A DNA stretch of 64,000 nt, taken from an uncultured Candidatus Rokubacteria bacterium. Its GTDB lineage: Bacteria; Methylomirabilota; Methylomirabilia; Rokubacteriales; DASRDR01. The notes beneath the pieces were generated by a model. The model did no database searches. It was not told the DNA's origin and was given only the letters and a program-made list of their open reading frames with translations. Shown here piece by piece: positions 32,957-42,368 of the stretch. Numbering within the stretch: position 1 is the stretch's first letter; each line of letters opens with the position of its first letter. Location of the stretch: NCBI GenBank assembly GCA_963708025.1, contig CAVPSB010000018.1, positions 160,001 through 224,000 of the forward strand, in the 5' to 3' direction. Both the position numbers and the translations under genes were made by a program.

Positions 32957-34168
32957 TCATTCGTCGCAGGCGAGCACGACCCGGATCGCCCCGCCTCGCC
33001 TGTCCCGGGCGGTGGTGATCGCCTGGCGCCAGCGGCTCAGCGGGAAGCGGTGAGTGAGGAGACCCTCGATCCTCAGCCGGCCCTGTCGCAGCAGGTCGAT
33101 GACCACGTCGTACGTGTGCCGCGAGGCGCCGTCCCACGTATCGGTGCCGTGACCGCAGACCCCGGTCAGGTGGACCTCCTGGTGCCAGAGGGGGCTGAGG
33201 TCCAGCCGGAGCGGGGCCAGCTTGATTCCCACCATCACGACCGTCCCGCCCGCCCGGGTCCAGCGCAGGCTGTCGTGCAGGGTGCGGGCGGAGCCGACGC
33301 AGTCGTAGACCACGTCGAAGCCACCCAGGAGCGTGCGGTTGCCCAGCGCCCCGCGGTACAGCCGGGCGCCGGTGATCCGGGCGGTCGCCTGGTAGCCATC
33401 CTCGGCCTCGATCACGTCGTCGGCGCCGAGGTGACGGGCCATCCGGGCCTGGCTCGGATGACGGGCGGCCGCGGTGATGCGGCAGCCCGGCGACACGGCC
33501 CGTACGGCCTGCACGGTGTTGAGGCCGACCGTGCCGCTCCCCAGGACCAGCGCGCACTCACCGGGCCCGGGAGGACGCCGCAGCGCCGCCCGCAGCCCGA
33601 TGCTCAGCGGCTCCACCATCATCGCCTGGTCGTCGCTCAGGTCGTCGGGGACGGGGTACACCTCGGTCTCGTGGGCGGTGAAGCCGTCCCCCCAGCCCCC
33701 GCCGACACCGCGGGGGCCGACGCCCGCCGACGCGTTCTCGCAGCGCGCGCGGTTCCCCTCGGCGCAGTGCCGGCACGGGGGCACGATCTCCTGGCTGAGG
33801 CAGGTGGCCCCCTGGAAGCGGCTGTCCATGATCACCCGGTCGCCCACCCGGTGGCGCGTCACGCCGGACCCGACCTCGGTCACGTGGGCGACCACCTCGT
33901 GTCCCAGGTAAAGGCGCCGGTTGCCCGGCAGCGCGGCCGGCGCGATCGAGGGATCGACGTTGACCAGGAGGAGCGACACGTCGGTGGCGCAGATGCCGCA
34001 CTGCCGGTTCCTCAGCCGAACCCATCGCGGGCCGGGTAGCTCCGGCTCCGGCACCTCCGCGTACCGGGCCGGGGACACGGCCGAGAACACGACGCCGGGC
34101 CAGACCGGCCTGAGCGCCTTGACGGCGAGCATCCGGGGGATGTCTTTGTCGACGTAGATGGTGCGCAC
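32957..34168 (-). CDS. Zinc-binding (MDR) dehydrogenase
   Basis: CGICATD, LGHEVV, CRHC..RC, LGSGTVG, YDCVGS; likely GTG start at 34168. Confidence 0.9.
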   Translation of the reverse strand: MRTIYVDKDIPRMLAVKALRPVWPGVVFSAVSPARYAEVPEPELPGPRWVRLRNRQCGICATDVSLLLVNVDPSIAPAALPGNRRLYLGHEVVAHVTEVGSGVTRHRVGDRVIMDSRFQGATCLSQEIVPPCRHCAEGNRARCENASAGVGPRGVGGGWGDGFTAHETEVYPVPDDLSDDQAMMVEPLSIGLRAALRRPPGPGECALVLGSGTVGLNTVQAVRAVSPGCRITAAARHPSQARMARHLGADDVIEAEDGYQATARITGARLYRGALGNRTLLGGFDVVYDCVGSARTLHDSLRWTRAGGTVVMVGIKLAPLRLDLSPLWHQEVHLTGVCGHGTDTWDGASRHTYDVVIDLLRQGRLRIEGLLTHRFPLSRWRQAITTARDRRGGAIRVVLACDE

Positions 34169-34387
34169 CGGTGTGCGGGATCGCAGGCAGTGTGAACCCG
34201 TCTCCCGGCGGCCGTCAAGGGACGATCGGGCCGGGTGGGCGGATTCACCCGATCGATGGCCCGCCGTGTTTTTGGACGGGCGCATCATCGACGTGCGTTA
34301 TCCTCGTCTCACGTGAGCATCGAGGGGACCGAGCCGGGAGCGTCGCGCCCGCCGCTGGAGGCCGGTCGGACCGCTGGGTCCGACGCG

Positions 34388-35116
34388 ATGACCGCGCCCG
34401 GAAGCCCCGAGCTCTCGGTCGTCGTCCCGGTCTTCAACGAGGCGCGGACGATCGCCAACGTGGTGCTCGGCTGGGCCTCGGAGCTCGACGGGCTGGGGAT
34501 CGACTACGAGCTCCTCGTCTACGACGATGGCTCGACCGACGACACCCGGCTGATCCTGGGCCGCCTCGGCGCCCGCGTGCCCCGCCTCACGGTCCGCACG
34601 CAGCAAAACCGGGGCCACGGCGCCACCGTGCTGCGCGGCTACCGGGAAGCGCGCGGCGAGTGGGTGTTCCAGACCGACAGCGACGGCGAGGTGGCGCCCG
34701 GCAGCTTCGATGGTCTGTGGCGGGAGCGCCACGCCCACGACCTCGTGCTCGGGGTCCGGCAGCGCCGCCGGGTGTCGTGGGACCGGCGCCTCGTGAGCTG
34801 GCTCTCTCGGCTCAGCGTGCGGGTGCTCTTCGGCGCCCGGATCGCCGACGCCAACGTCCCCTTCCGCCTGGTGCGGCGCGCCCACCTGCAAGGTATGGTG
34901 GCGGATCTGCCGGAGGACCTCTTCGCCCCGAACGTCGCCCTCGCCGGGGTCGCGGCGCGGGCGCGGCTGCGCATCCGGGAGGTCCCGGTGGCGCACGTCG
35001 GGCGGCTCGAGGGCCGCGGGTCGCTGGTCGGCGCACGGGTCTGGCGCGCGGCCGCCACCGCGTTCCGGCAGACCGTGGAGGTGGCCCTGCGGGCCCGTCG
35101 CCGTCCTCGCTCGTGA
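34388..35116 (+). CDS. GT2 glycosyltransferase (DPM-synthase-like)
   Basis: SVVVPVFNE, YDDGSTD, NRGHG, QTDSDG. Confidence 0.9.
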   Translation: MTAPGSPELSVVVPVFNEARTIANVVLGWASELDGLGIDYELLVYDDGSTDDTRLILGRLGARVPRLTVRTQQNRGHGATVLRGYREARGEWVFQTDSDGEVAPGSFDGLWRERHAHDLVLGVRQRRRVSWDRRLVSWLSRLSVRVLFGARIADANVPFRLVRRAHLQGMVADLPEDLFAPNVALAGVAARARLRIREVPVAHVGRLEGRGSLVGARVWRAAATAFRQTVEVALRARRRPRS

Positions 35117-36522
35117 ACGACCCCGGGCGAGTCCTGATCCTGGGGGCGGGGCCGACCGGCCTCGGCGCGGCGTACCGGCTCGCCGAGCTGGGGGTTGAGA
35201 CGTTCCTCGTCCTGGAGGCGCGCTCCGGCCCGGGTGGGCTGGCGTCCAGCTACGTGGACGAGTGGGGATTCACGTGGGACGTGGGGGGCCACGTCCAGTT
35301 CAGTCACTACGCGTACTACGACGACGTCCTCGACCGGGCACTGGGAGACGCCTGGATCGAGCACGAGCGGGAGTCGTGGGTCTGGCTCCGGGGGTGCTGG
35401 GTGCCGTACCCCTTTCAGTACAACCTGCACCGGCTGCCCCCGGCCGACCGCGACCGCGCGCTCCTGGGCCTCGAGCGGACCGCCCGGCGGCCCCGGGCTG
35501 CGCCCGCCGGGAACTTCCACGACTGGATCGAGACCACGTTCGGCGACGGGATCGCCGAGCTGTTCCTGATCCCCTACAACGGGAAGGTGTGGGGCTTCCC
35601 GCTGGAAACGCTGGGCGTCGGCTGGGTCGGCGACCGGGTGGCCACGCCCGATCTGGAGCGGGTCCGGAAGAACGTGAAGGAGCATCGGGACGACGTCGGC
35701 TGGGGGCCCAACCACCGCTTCCGCTTCCCCCGCTCCGGAGGGACCGGCGCCATCTGGACGGCGGTCGCCCGGCTCGTTCCCCCCGAGCGGCTTCGGTTCG
35801 AGGCGCGGGTGACGGCCCTGGATCTCCGGCACCGCCGCGCGCGGCTCGCCGATGGTCGGACCTTTCCGTACGATCACCTGGTCACGTCGCTGCCGCTCGA
35901 GGCGCTCTGTGGGCTCGCGGAGGGCCTGGATCCCGCGGTGAGCCGCGCGGCCGCAGCGCTCCGGCACAGCGCCGTGCACGTGCTCGGCGTCGGGCTCCGG
36001 GGCGATCGGCCGGCGAGCCTCCAGGGGAAGTGCTGGATCTACTTCCCGGAGCCTCACAGCCCGTACTACCGGGTCACCGTGTTCTCCCACTACTCGCCGC
36101 ACAACGTGCCGGCCGGGGAAGGCTACTGGTCGCTGATGGCCGAGGTCTGCGAGACGCCGCTGAAGCCGGTCGAGGTCTCGCGGCTGCGGGCCTCGGCGCT
36201 GGAGGCGATGCGGCGGGACGGCCTCGTCGGACCCCGATCCGAGGTCGTGAGCTTCTGGCACCACCGGGAGGAGCACGGCTACCCCACCCCGTCTCTCGGA
36301 CGCGACGAGGCGCTGGCCGTCCTCCTGCCCGCGTTCGAGGGCTTCGGCGTCTACTCGCGCGGCCGCTTCGGCGCCTGGAGGTACGAGGTCTCGAACCAGG
36401 ACCACTCGTTCATGCAGGGGGTGGAGGTCGTGAACCGCGTCCTCGGCCTCGGCGACGAACCCACCCTGCGCGATCCGGGGCTGGTGAACGGCGGCGCCTT
36501 CCTCCGGGCCGGCCGGCCCTGA
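35113..36522 (+). CDS. Flavoprotein resembling eukaryote-type UDP-galactopyranose mutase
   Basis: GAGPTG, DVGGHVQFSHY, WGPNHRFRFP..GGTGAIW, YRVTVFSHYSP, RGRFGAWRYEVSNQDHSFMQG. Confidence 0.8.
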   Translation: MNDPGRVLILGAGPTGLGAAYRLAELGVETFLVLEARSGPGGLASSYVDEWGFTWDVGGHVQFSHYAYYDDVLDRALGDAWIEHERESWVWLRGCWVPYPFQYNLHRLPPADRDRALLGLERTARRPRAAPAGNFHDWIETTFGDGIAELFLIPYNGKVWGFPLETLGVGWVGDRVATPDLERVRKNVKEHRDDVGWGPNHRFRFPRSGGTGAIWTAVARLVPPERLRFEARVTALDLRHRRARLADGRTFPYDHLVTSLPLEALCGLAEGLDPAVSRAAAALRHSAVHVLGVGLRGDRPASLQGKCWIYFPEPHSPYYRVTVFSHYSPHNVPAGEGYWSLMAEVCETPLKPVEVSRLRASALEAMRRDGLVGPRSEVVSFWHHREEHGYPTPSLGRDEALAVLLPAFEGFGVYSRGRFGAWRYEVSNQDHSFMQGVEVVNRVLGLGDEPTLRDPGLVNGGAFLRAGRP

Positions 36523-36569
36523 CCATGAAAGAACGCCGGCCGGCCCGGGGTTCGATACCAGAGAACGAA

Positions 36570-38567
36570 ATGGCGAAGCCCAGGCTCGAGTCCAGCGCCG
36601 CGCCGGCCAAGGCCCCTCCCTCCCAGCCAAAGGCCGCCTTGTCGGCCGTCGAGATGGGCGCCCGTCAGCGGGAGATCTCGGTTTCCGAGTTCTTCACCAA
36701 GAATCGCCACTTGCTCGGCTTCGACAATCCGAGAAAGGCGCTCCTCACCTGCGTCAAGGAAGCCGTCGACAACGCGCTCGACGCGTCCGAGGAAGCGGGC
36801 ATCCTGCCCGAAGTCGTCGTCAAGCTGGATGTCGCGACGAGCAACGGGGCGGCTCCGCCGGCGCCCAGCCAAGCGACCCGCTTCCGCGTCACGGTCATCG
36901 ACTACGGCCCCGGCATCGTCCGCCAGCAGATCCCGCCGATCTTCGCCAAGCTCCTCTACGGCTCCAAATTCCATCGGCTGCGCATGAGCCGCGGCCAGCA
37001 GGGAATTGGAATATCGGCGGCCGGCATGTACGCGCAGCTGACGACCGGCAAGCCGGTGCAGATCATCTCTCGCACCAGCGCGCGGTCGCCGGCCCACTAC
37101 TTCGAAGTCCAGATCGACACCAAGAAGAACGAGCCACGGATCTTCGAGAACAAGAAGATCGACTGGGAGAGCCATCGCGGCACCCAGGTGACGCTCGAGA
37201 TCGAGGGGCGCTATCAGAAGGGCCGCGCCTCCGTGGACGAGTATCTCGAGCAGACCGCCATCGCCAATCCGCACGTGAAGCTCGTCTACCACACGCCGGA
37301 TGGCGAGATCAGAGAGTATCCGCGGACGATTCAAGAGCTGCCGCCCCAGCCCCGCGAGATCAAGCCGCACCCCTACGGCATCGAGTTCGGCATTCTCCTG
37401 AGAATGCTCCACGACACCAAGAGCCACTCGCTGGCCGGGTTCCTCGCCAGCGATTTCAGCCGGGTCTCATCATCCGTCGCCCAGGAGATCTGCCAGACGG
37501 CCCGGCTGTCGCCGGACGCGCGGCCGCGCAACATCCACGGCGCCGCCGCCGAGGCGCTCTACAAGGCGATCCAGTCGACCAAGATCATGGCGCCGCCGTC
37601 GAACTGCATCTCGCCCATCGGCGAAAAGGCGATCCTCCACGGCCTGTACAAGCAGATCAAGGGAGAGTTCTACACGGCGGTGACCCGACCGCCGGCGGTA
37701 TACCGCGGCAATCCGTTCGTCATCGAGGCGGGATTGGCGTACGGCAAGGGACCGGATCAGGCGGCGGATCCGCCGGAAGCACCCGCGGTCGCGTTGGCCG
37801 AAGGCGAGCAGCGGGAGGACGACAGCGAGCTGGCCCGCGTCATTCGCTACGCCAACCGCGTACCGCTGCTCTACCAGCAGTCGGGCTGCGTGACGTTCAA
37901 GGCCGTGCTCGAGACGATCTGGCGGAACTACGGCGTGTCCCAATCCCGGGGCGCGCTCCCGGCCGGCCCCATGGTGGTGTTCGTCCACATGGCCTCGGTC
38001 TGGGTGCCTTTCACGAGCGAGTCCAAGGAAGCGATCGCCGACTACGACGAGATCCGGAAGGAGATCAAGCTCGCGCTGCAAGAGTGCGGGCGCCGGCTGG
38101 GCGTCTTCTTGCGGCGGCGTGAGCGGGCCAAGAGCGAGTTCCGCCGGCGCAACATCTTCGAGCTGTACATCGAAGAGGTCGTCGAGGCCTGCGCCCGCCT
38201 GAAGGGCGGCAAGCTGCGCAAAGAGAAACTCAAGAGCCAGTTGCAGAAGATCGCCAGGAAACGGACGGGCGGCGAGAAGACTGACGAGATACTGGGCGAC
38301 GACAGCGGTCCGGAAGGTCTCCCTCACTCGATCATCGTCACCGCCGGGGGTGCGGAAGGGGAGGCGCCGATGTCGCCCGGCGCCGAGCGGAGCGATATTT
38401 CGCCGCCGGAAGAGCTCCGACCGGAAACGGATCGGCCCGCGCCGGCGAGGCGGAAGGGCCAGGCCAAGCCGGCCCGGTCGACCAGGATGGCCCCGCCTGA
38501 CCACCGGAAGCGAGCGGCGCCGGGCTCCAGGAAGACGAAGACGAGCCCGAAACGCAGGAAGAGATGA
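36570..38567 (+). CDS. top6B: DNA topoisomerase VI subunit B
   Basis: EISVSEFF, KEAVDNALDA, GSKFH..SRGQQGIGIS, RYANRVPL, VPFTSESKEAI; alternative ATG at 36525. Confidence 0.95.
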   Translation: MAKPRLESSAAPAKAPPSQPKAALSAVEMGARQREISVSEFFTKNRHLLGFDNPRKALLTCVKEAVDNALDASEEAGILPEVVVKLDVATSNGAAPPAPSQATRFRVTVIDYGPGIVRQQIPPIFAKLLYGSKFHRLRMSRGQQGIGISAAGMYAQLTTGKPVQIISRTSARSPAHYFEVQIDTKKNEPRIFENKKIDWESHRGTQVTLEIEGRYQKGRASVDEYLEQTAIANPHVKLVYHTPDGEIREYPRTIQELPPQPREIKPHPYGIEFGILLRMLHDTKSHSLAGFLASDFSRVSSSVAQEICQTARLSPDARPRNIHGAAAEALYKAIQSTKIMAPPSNCISPIGEKAILHGLYKQIKGEFYTAVTRPPAVYRGNPFVIEAGLAYGKGPDQAADPPEAPAVALAEGEQREDDSELARVIRYANRVPLLYQQSGCVTFKAVLETIWRNYGVSQSRGALPAGPMVVFVHMASVWVPFTSESKEAIADYDEIRKEIKLALQECGRRLGVFLRRRERAKSEFRRRNIFELYIEEVVEACARLKGGKLRKEKLKSQLQKIARKRTGGEKTDEILGDDSGPEGLPHSIIVTAGGAEGEAPMSPGAERSDISPPEELRPETDRPAPARRKGQAKPARSTRMAPPDHRKRAAPGSRKTKTSPKRRKR

Positions 38568-38576
38568 GAAGGGTAC

Positions 38577-39683
38577 ATGGCGCGAAAGAGGCCGGAGAAG
38601 AACGGAGCGGTCGAGAAGAAGCTGGTCGGCGTGGCCGACGTCGTGATCACGGCCGCCGAGCGGAGCCGGGACCCCGCGCTGGCGATCCCCGTCCGCAGCC
38701 TCGCCAACGTCAAGTTCAACGAGAAGCGGGGCATCATCGAGATGGGCAGGAGAAAGCAGGCCCGCACGTTCTTCAACGTGGGGATGGCGAAGAAGTTCAT
38801 GCAGACCGTGCTGGTGGCCGATGCCCTGGCCGAGCTGCAGCGGGCGGACCTCACGACCTCGCTCCGGGAGATCTACTACCGCACGAAGCACACGATCAGC
38901 GACTCGCACGAGAACACGTTCGACGGCCAGAACGAATCCGACCCGCTGATCGAGGACCTCGAGGTCACGCTGGCGGCGCTCCGCGAAGAGCTCCACGTGC
39001 GCGCCGAGAACGCCGGCAGCATTGTGGGGCCGGTCGTGCTCGTTGACGACGGCGATCGGGTGGACTGCGCCCGTTTGGGCAAAGGCGGCTACTCGGTCCC
39101 CTCCATCGTCGAGCCCGAATACATCCAGATCCGGAGTTGCACGGCGGACTTCATCCTCCTCGTCGAGAAAGGCACGCAGTGGAACCGCCTGTCGGAAGAC
39201 AAATTCTGGCGCCGGTACAACTGCGTGCTCCTGACCGGCAACGGCCAGCCCCCCCGCGGCGTCCGGCGCCTGGCGCGCCGGCTGCACGAGGAGTACAAGA
39301 TTCCCGTGTATGTCCTCGTCGACAACGACCCGTGGGGTTACTACATCTACTCGGTCGTGAAGCAGGGATCGATCAATCTCGCGTTCGAGAGCCAGCGGAT
39401 GGCCATTCCCAAGGCCAAGTTCATCGGCCTGTCCAGCGCCGATCCCGAGAGCTACGGCCTCCCGCGCAACGTCGGCATCAAGCTCAACGACAAGGACGTC
39501 AGCCGGGCCAAGGAGCTGCTCAGGTATCGCTGGTTTCAGAAGAAGGACTGGCAGGCGGAGATCAAGCGGATGCTCGCGACCGGTCTCAAGTACGAGCTCG
39601 ACGCGCTGGCCAACAAAGATTTCCGCTACCTGACCAAGACCTACCTGCCCCGGAAGCTCAAAGAAAGAGACTGGCTGGACTAG
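38577..39683 (+). CDS. top6A: DNA topoisomerase VI subunit A
   Basis: SLREIYY (catalytic Tyr region), FDGQNESD, TOPRIM LVEK and DNDPWG. Confidence 0.95.
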   Translation: MARKRPEKNGAVEKKLVGVADVVITAAERSRDPALAIPVRSLANVKFNEKRGIIEMGRRKQARTFFNVGMAKKFMQTVLVADALAELQRADLTTSLREIYYRTKHTISDSHENTFDGQNESDPLIEDLEVTLAALREELHVRAENAGSIVGPVVLVDDGDRVDCARLGKGGYSVPSIVEPEYIQIRSCTADFILLVEKGTQWNRLSEDKFWRRYNCVLLTGNGQPPRGVRRLARRLHEEYKIPVYVLVDNDPWGYYIYSVVKQGSINLAFESQRMAIPKAKFIGLSSADPESYGLPRNVGIKLNDKDVSRAKELLRYRWFQKKDWQAEIKRMLATGLKYELDALANKDFRYLTKTYLPRKLKERDWLD

Positions 39684-39787
39684 TGCCGTTCCAACTGCAT
39701 GAGCCAAGATGGGCAGCCGATTCTTGAAGCACGGACTTGCCCGCAATTCCTCGAAGGGCTGGCTGGAACGAGTTGGAACGGCACTAG
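39680..39787. mobile_element. MITE with perfect terminal inverted repeats, inserted at the top6A stop codon
   Basis: CTAGTGCCGTTCCAACT (39680-39696) and AGTTGGAACGGCACTAG (39771-39787); TA on both sides. Confidence 0.8.
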
Positions 39788-39850
39788 CGCGAATGAGCCG
39801 CAACGGACGGTCAGACCCCGGTGACTCCGAGCGTCGTCGCGGGTAGGCGT

Positions 39851-41299
39851 GTGTCCCGTCTGCGGGTCCTGATTGCGGTCTTCGACGGGCTCCAGCCATC
39901 CCAGGTCCGTCCCGGCATCACGCCGACCATTGACCGGCTGGCGAGAGACGGCGTCACGTTCGCGCGCCATCATGCCGTCTTCCCGACCGTCACCCGCGTG
40001 AACGCGGCCAGCATGGTAACCGGGCGCCACCCGGGCGGGCACGGGCTGCTCGGGAACACGCTGGTGGTGCCCGAGTGGGCCCCGTACCGGGCGATCCCGG
40101 CCCTGGTGCCCGAACTGGAGGCGATCGCCGGGGCGACGGGCCGGGTGCTGCTGGCGCCGACTCTCGGTGAGATGCTTCGTCCCCACGGGCTCACGTTCGG
40201 CACCGTGGTGGGCGGCACCAGCGGCAACGCGTACGTTCAGCACCCGCATGCCGCCCGGGTGGGCGGCGCCGTCCTCCATCCTGAATTCGCCCTCCCCGCG
40301 GATCACCATGCGCCGATGATCGCGCGCTTCGGCCCCTGGCCGCCGAAGCGCGCGCCCGCGATCGGGCGCATTCGCCAGGCCGCCGACGTCTTGCTCGGCT
40401 ACTTGCTGCCGGAGGTCGATCCCGAGGTCGCGCTGGTGTGGTTCCCGGAGCCGGACACCTCGCAGCACGCAGCCGGGGTCGGCTCGCCGCCAGCCGTCGA
40501 CGCGTTGACCGCCGCCGACGCCGAGCTCGGTCGGATCGTGGCGGAGCTCGGACGACGCGGCGTCGAGCCCGACGTGCTGGTGCTGTCCGACCACGGGTAC
40601 TCGACCGTCGCCCGTCTGATCCCGATCGAGGCCCTCGTCCGGGAGGCCGGGTTTCCGCCGGCGGACACGGCCGGCGGCGTGGTGGTGGCCGCGAATGGCG
40701 GGGCGGTGCTGTTCTACGTCCGCGATTCGGACCCCGGCGTCCTCGAACGATTGACCGGGTGGCTCGTCGCGCAGCCGTGGGCCGGTGCCCTCGTCGCCGG
40801 ACGGGCGGAGGGCGCGGCGCTCGGGCTTCTCCCCGGTGACCTGCTCGGGCTGGCCGGGCCCCGCGCAGCCGATGTCGTGCTCTCGTTCCGGTGGGATTCG
40901 GCCGGTACGGTGAACGGCTTCGCCGGATGCATCGACAGCGCCGAGGGGGCTCCGGGCCTTGGCACCCACGGGTCGGGCAGTCCCCACGAGCTCCGCTGCG
41001 TGTTGATCGCCAGCGGCCCGAGCTTCCGGCAGCGGCTCGTCTCCGAGCTGCCCTCCGGCAACGTCGACATCGCGCCGACCGTGCTGCGTCTGCTCGGGGT
41101 GACGACGGACGCGGCGCTCGACGGCCGACCTCTGATCGAGGGCTTGCGCAGCGCAGCCGATCGGCCTCTCGAGGCGTCCGCGCCGCATCGATACGAGGCG
41201 ACTTGCCGGATGGGTGGCGTGAGCCTCGTGCACTGCGCGGTCGTCGAGGGTGTCGGACACGCCCGGTACGTCGCCTCGCTGGGCGTCGAACGGCCGTAG
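39851..41299 (+). CDS. Alkaline phosphatase superfamily (NPP/phosphodiesterase-like) protein
   Basis: VFDG, FPTVTRVN (Thr nucleophile), EPDTSQH, SDHG, THG. Confidence 0.85.
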   Translation: MSRLRVLIAVFDGLQPSQVRPGITPTIDRLARDGVTFARHHAVFPTVTRVNAASMVTGRHPGGHGLLGNTLVVPEWAPYRAIPALVPELEAIAGATGRVLLAPTLGEMLRPHGLTFGTVVGGTSGNAYVQHPHAARVGGAVLHPEFALPADHHAPMIARFGPWPPKRAPAIGRIRQAADVLLGYLLPEVDPEVALVWFPEPDTSQHAAGVGSPPAVDALTAADAELGRIVAELGRRGVEPDVLVLSDHGYSTVARLIPIEALVREAGFPPADTAGGVVVAANGGAVLFYVRDSDPGVLERLTGWLVAQPWAGALVAGRAEGAALGLLPGDLLGLAGPRAADVVLSFRWDSAGTVNGFAGCIDSAEGAPGLGTHGSGSPHELRCVLIASGPSFRQRLVSELPSGNVDIAPTVLRLLGVTTDAALDGRPLIEGLRSAADRPLEASAPHRYEATCRMGGVSLVHCAVVEGVGHARYVASLGVERP

Positions 41300-41305
41300 G
41301 CCCAG

Positions 41306-42298
41306 ATGGCGCGCATGGGCGTCGCCTTCAGCGGGGGGCTGTCCCCCGCCGACATCGTCGAGTGCGTGACGCTGGCCGAAGGGCTCGGCTACGAATCGGC
41401 GTGGGTGGCGGAAGGGCATGGCGGCGACCAGTTCGCGATCCTCGGCGCCTGCGCCGTCGCCACGCGGCGGATCCGGCTGGGCACGAGCATCTCCAGCGTG
41501 TTCGTGCGCAGCGCCACGACCATCGGCATGGCGGCGGCGACCGTCGATCAGCTCTCGAGCGGCCGGTTCATCCTGGGCCTGGGCTCGAGCCATCGGGTGC
41601 AGGTCGAGCCCGAGCACGGCATCCCGTTCGTCCAGCCGACGGCGCGGCTGCGCGACACGATCGCGATCGTGCGCGCGCTGGTGCGAGACGGCGTCGTCGC
41701 GCATCGCGGCGAGGTGGTGACGATCGAGCGGTTCGACCTCTGGTTTCCACCGCGTCGGCCGCACATCCCGATCTACGTGGCGGCGCTGTTCCCGCGCATG
41801 CTCGAGATCGCGGGTGAGCTGGCCGAGGGGGCGCTCCTCACGTGGCCGACGCCCGGCGCGATCACGCGCGCCGTCGAGCACGTCGCGATCGGCGCGCGGC
41901 GCGCCGGGCGCGAGGCGACGGCGGTGGACGTGGCCTCGCTGATTCCGTGCGTCGTGGCGGACACCGCCGCGGCCGCGCGCGACGCCATGCGGCCGGCGGT
42001 CGGTCTCTACGCTGGCTTCTTTCCCCGCTACAACCGGCTGCTGGCGGAGGCGGGCTTCCCCGACGCCGTGCGCGCGATCAAGGACGCCTTCGATCGCGGC
42101 GGCCGCGACGCCGCGGCCACGGTCGTGCCCGACGAGCTGATCGACGCGGTGGCGCTCGCCGGCACTCCGGACACGTGCCGCGAGCGTCTGGTCGCCTATC
42201 GCCGCGCCGGTCTCGGTCTCCCCATCGTGAGCCCGCGGGTGTCCGGCGCGGACGGCAAGAAGACGGCGATGACGGCGATCCGGGCGTGCGCGCCATGA
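41306..42298 (+). CDS. LLM-class flavin/F420-dependent oxidoreductase
   Basis: AWVAEGH, TRRIRLGT, SSGRFILGLG, IPIYVAA. Confidence 0.9.
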   Translation: MARMGVAFSGGLSPADIVECVTLAEGLGYESAWVAEGHGGDQFAILGACAVATRRIRLGTSISSVFVRSATTIGMAAATVDQLSSGRFILGLGSSHRVQVEPEHGIPFVQPTARLRDTIAIVRALVRDGVVAHRGEVVTIERFDLWFPPRRPHIPIYVAALFPRMLEIAGELAEGALLTWPTPGAITRAVEHVAIGARRAGREATAVDVASLIPCVVADTAAAARDAMRPAVGLYAGFFPRYNRLLAEAGFPDAVRAIKDAFDRGGRDAAATVVPDELIDAVALAGTPDTCRERLVAYRRAGLGLPIVSPRVSGADGKKTAMTAIRACAP

Positions 42299-42368
42299 CG
42301 GCGTCGCGCCTCGTCCCGACCAAAGGAGGCCTCATCGAGTGCGGCATCTTCGCTGCATGGCGCGGGAC

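Noticed and set aside
35262-38567. 1101-aa Top6B with a long N-terminal extension
   Set aside because: The N-terminal part is an off-frame shadow of the mutase-like gene; the real start is 36525 or 36570.
41292-41302. GGCC-GTA-GGCC at the phosphodiesterase stop codon
   Set aside because: Lacks the module flanks and any scaffold; could be chance.
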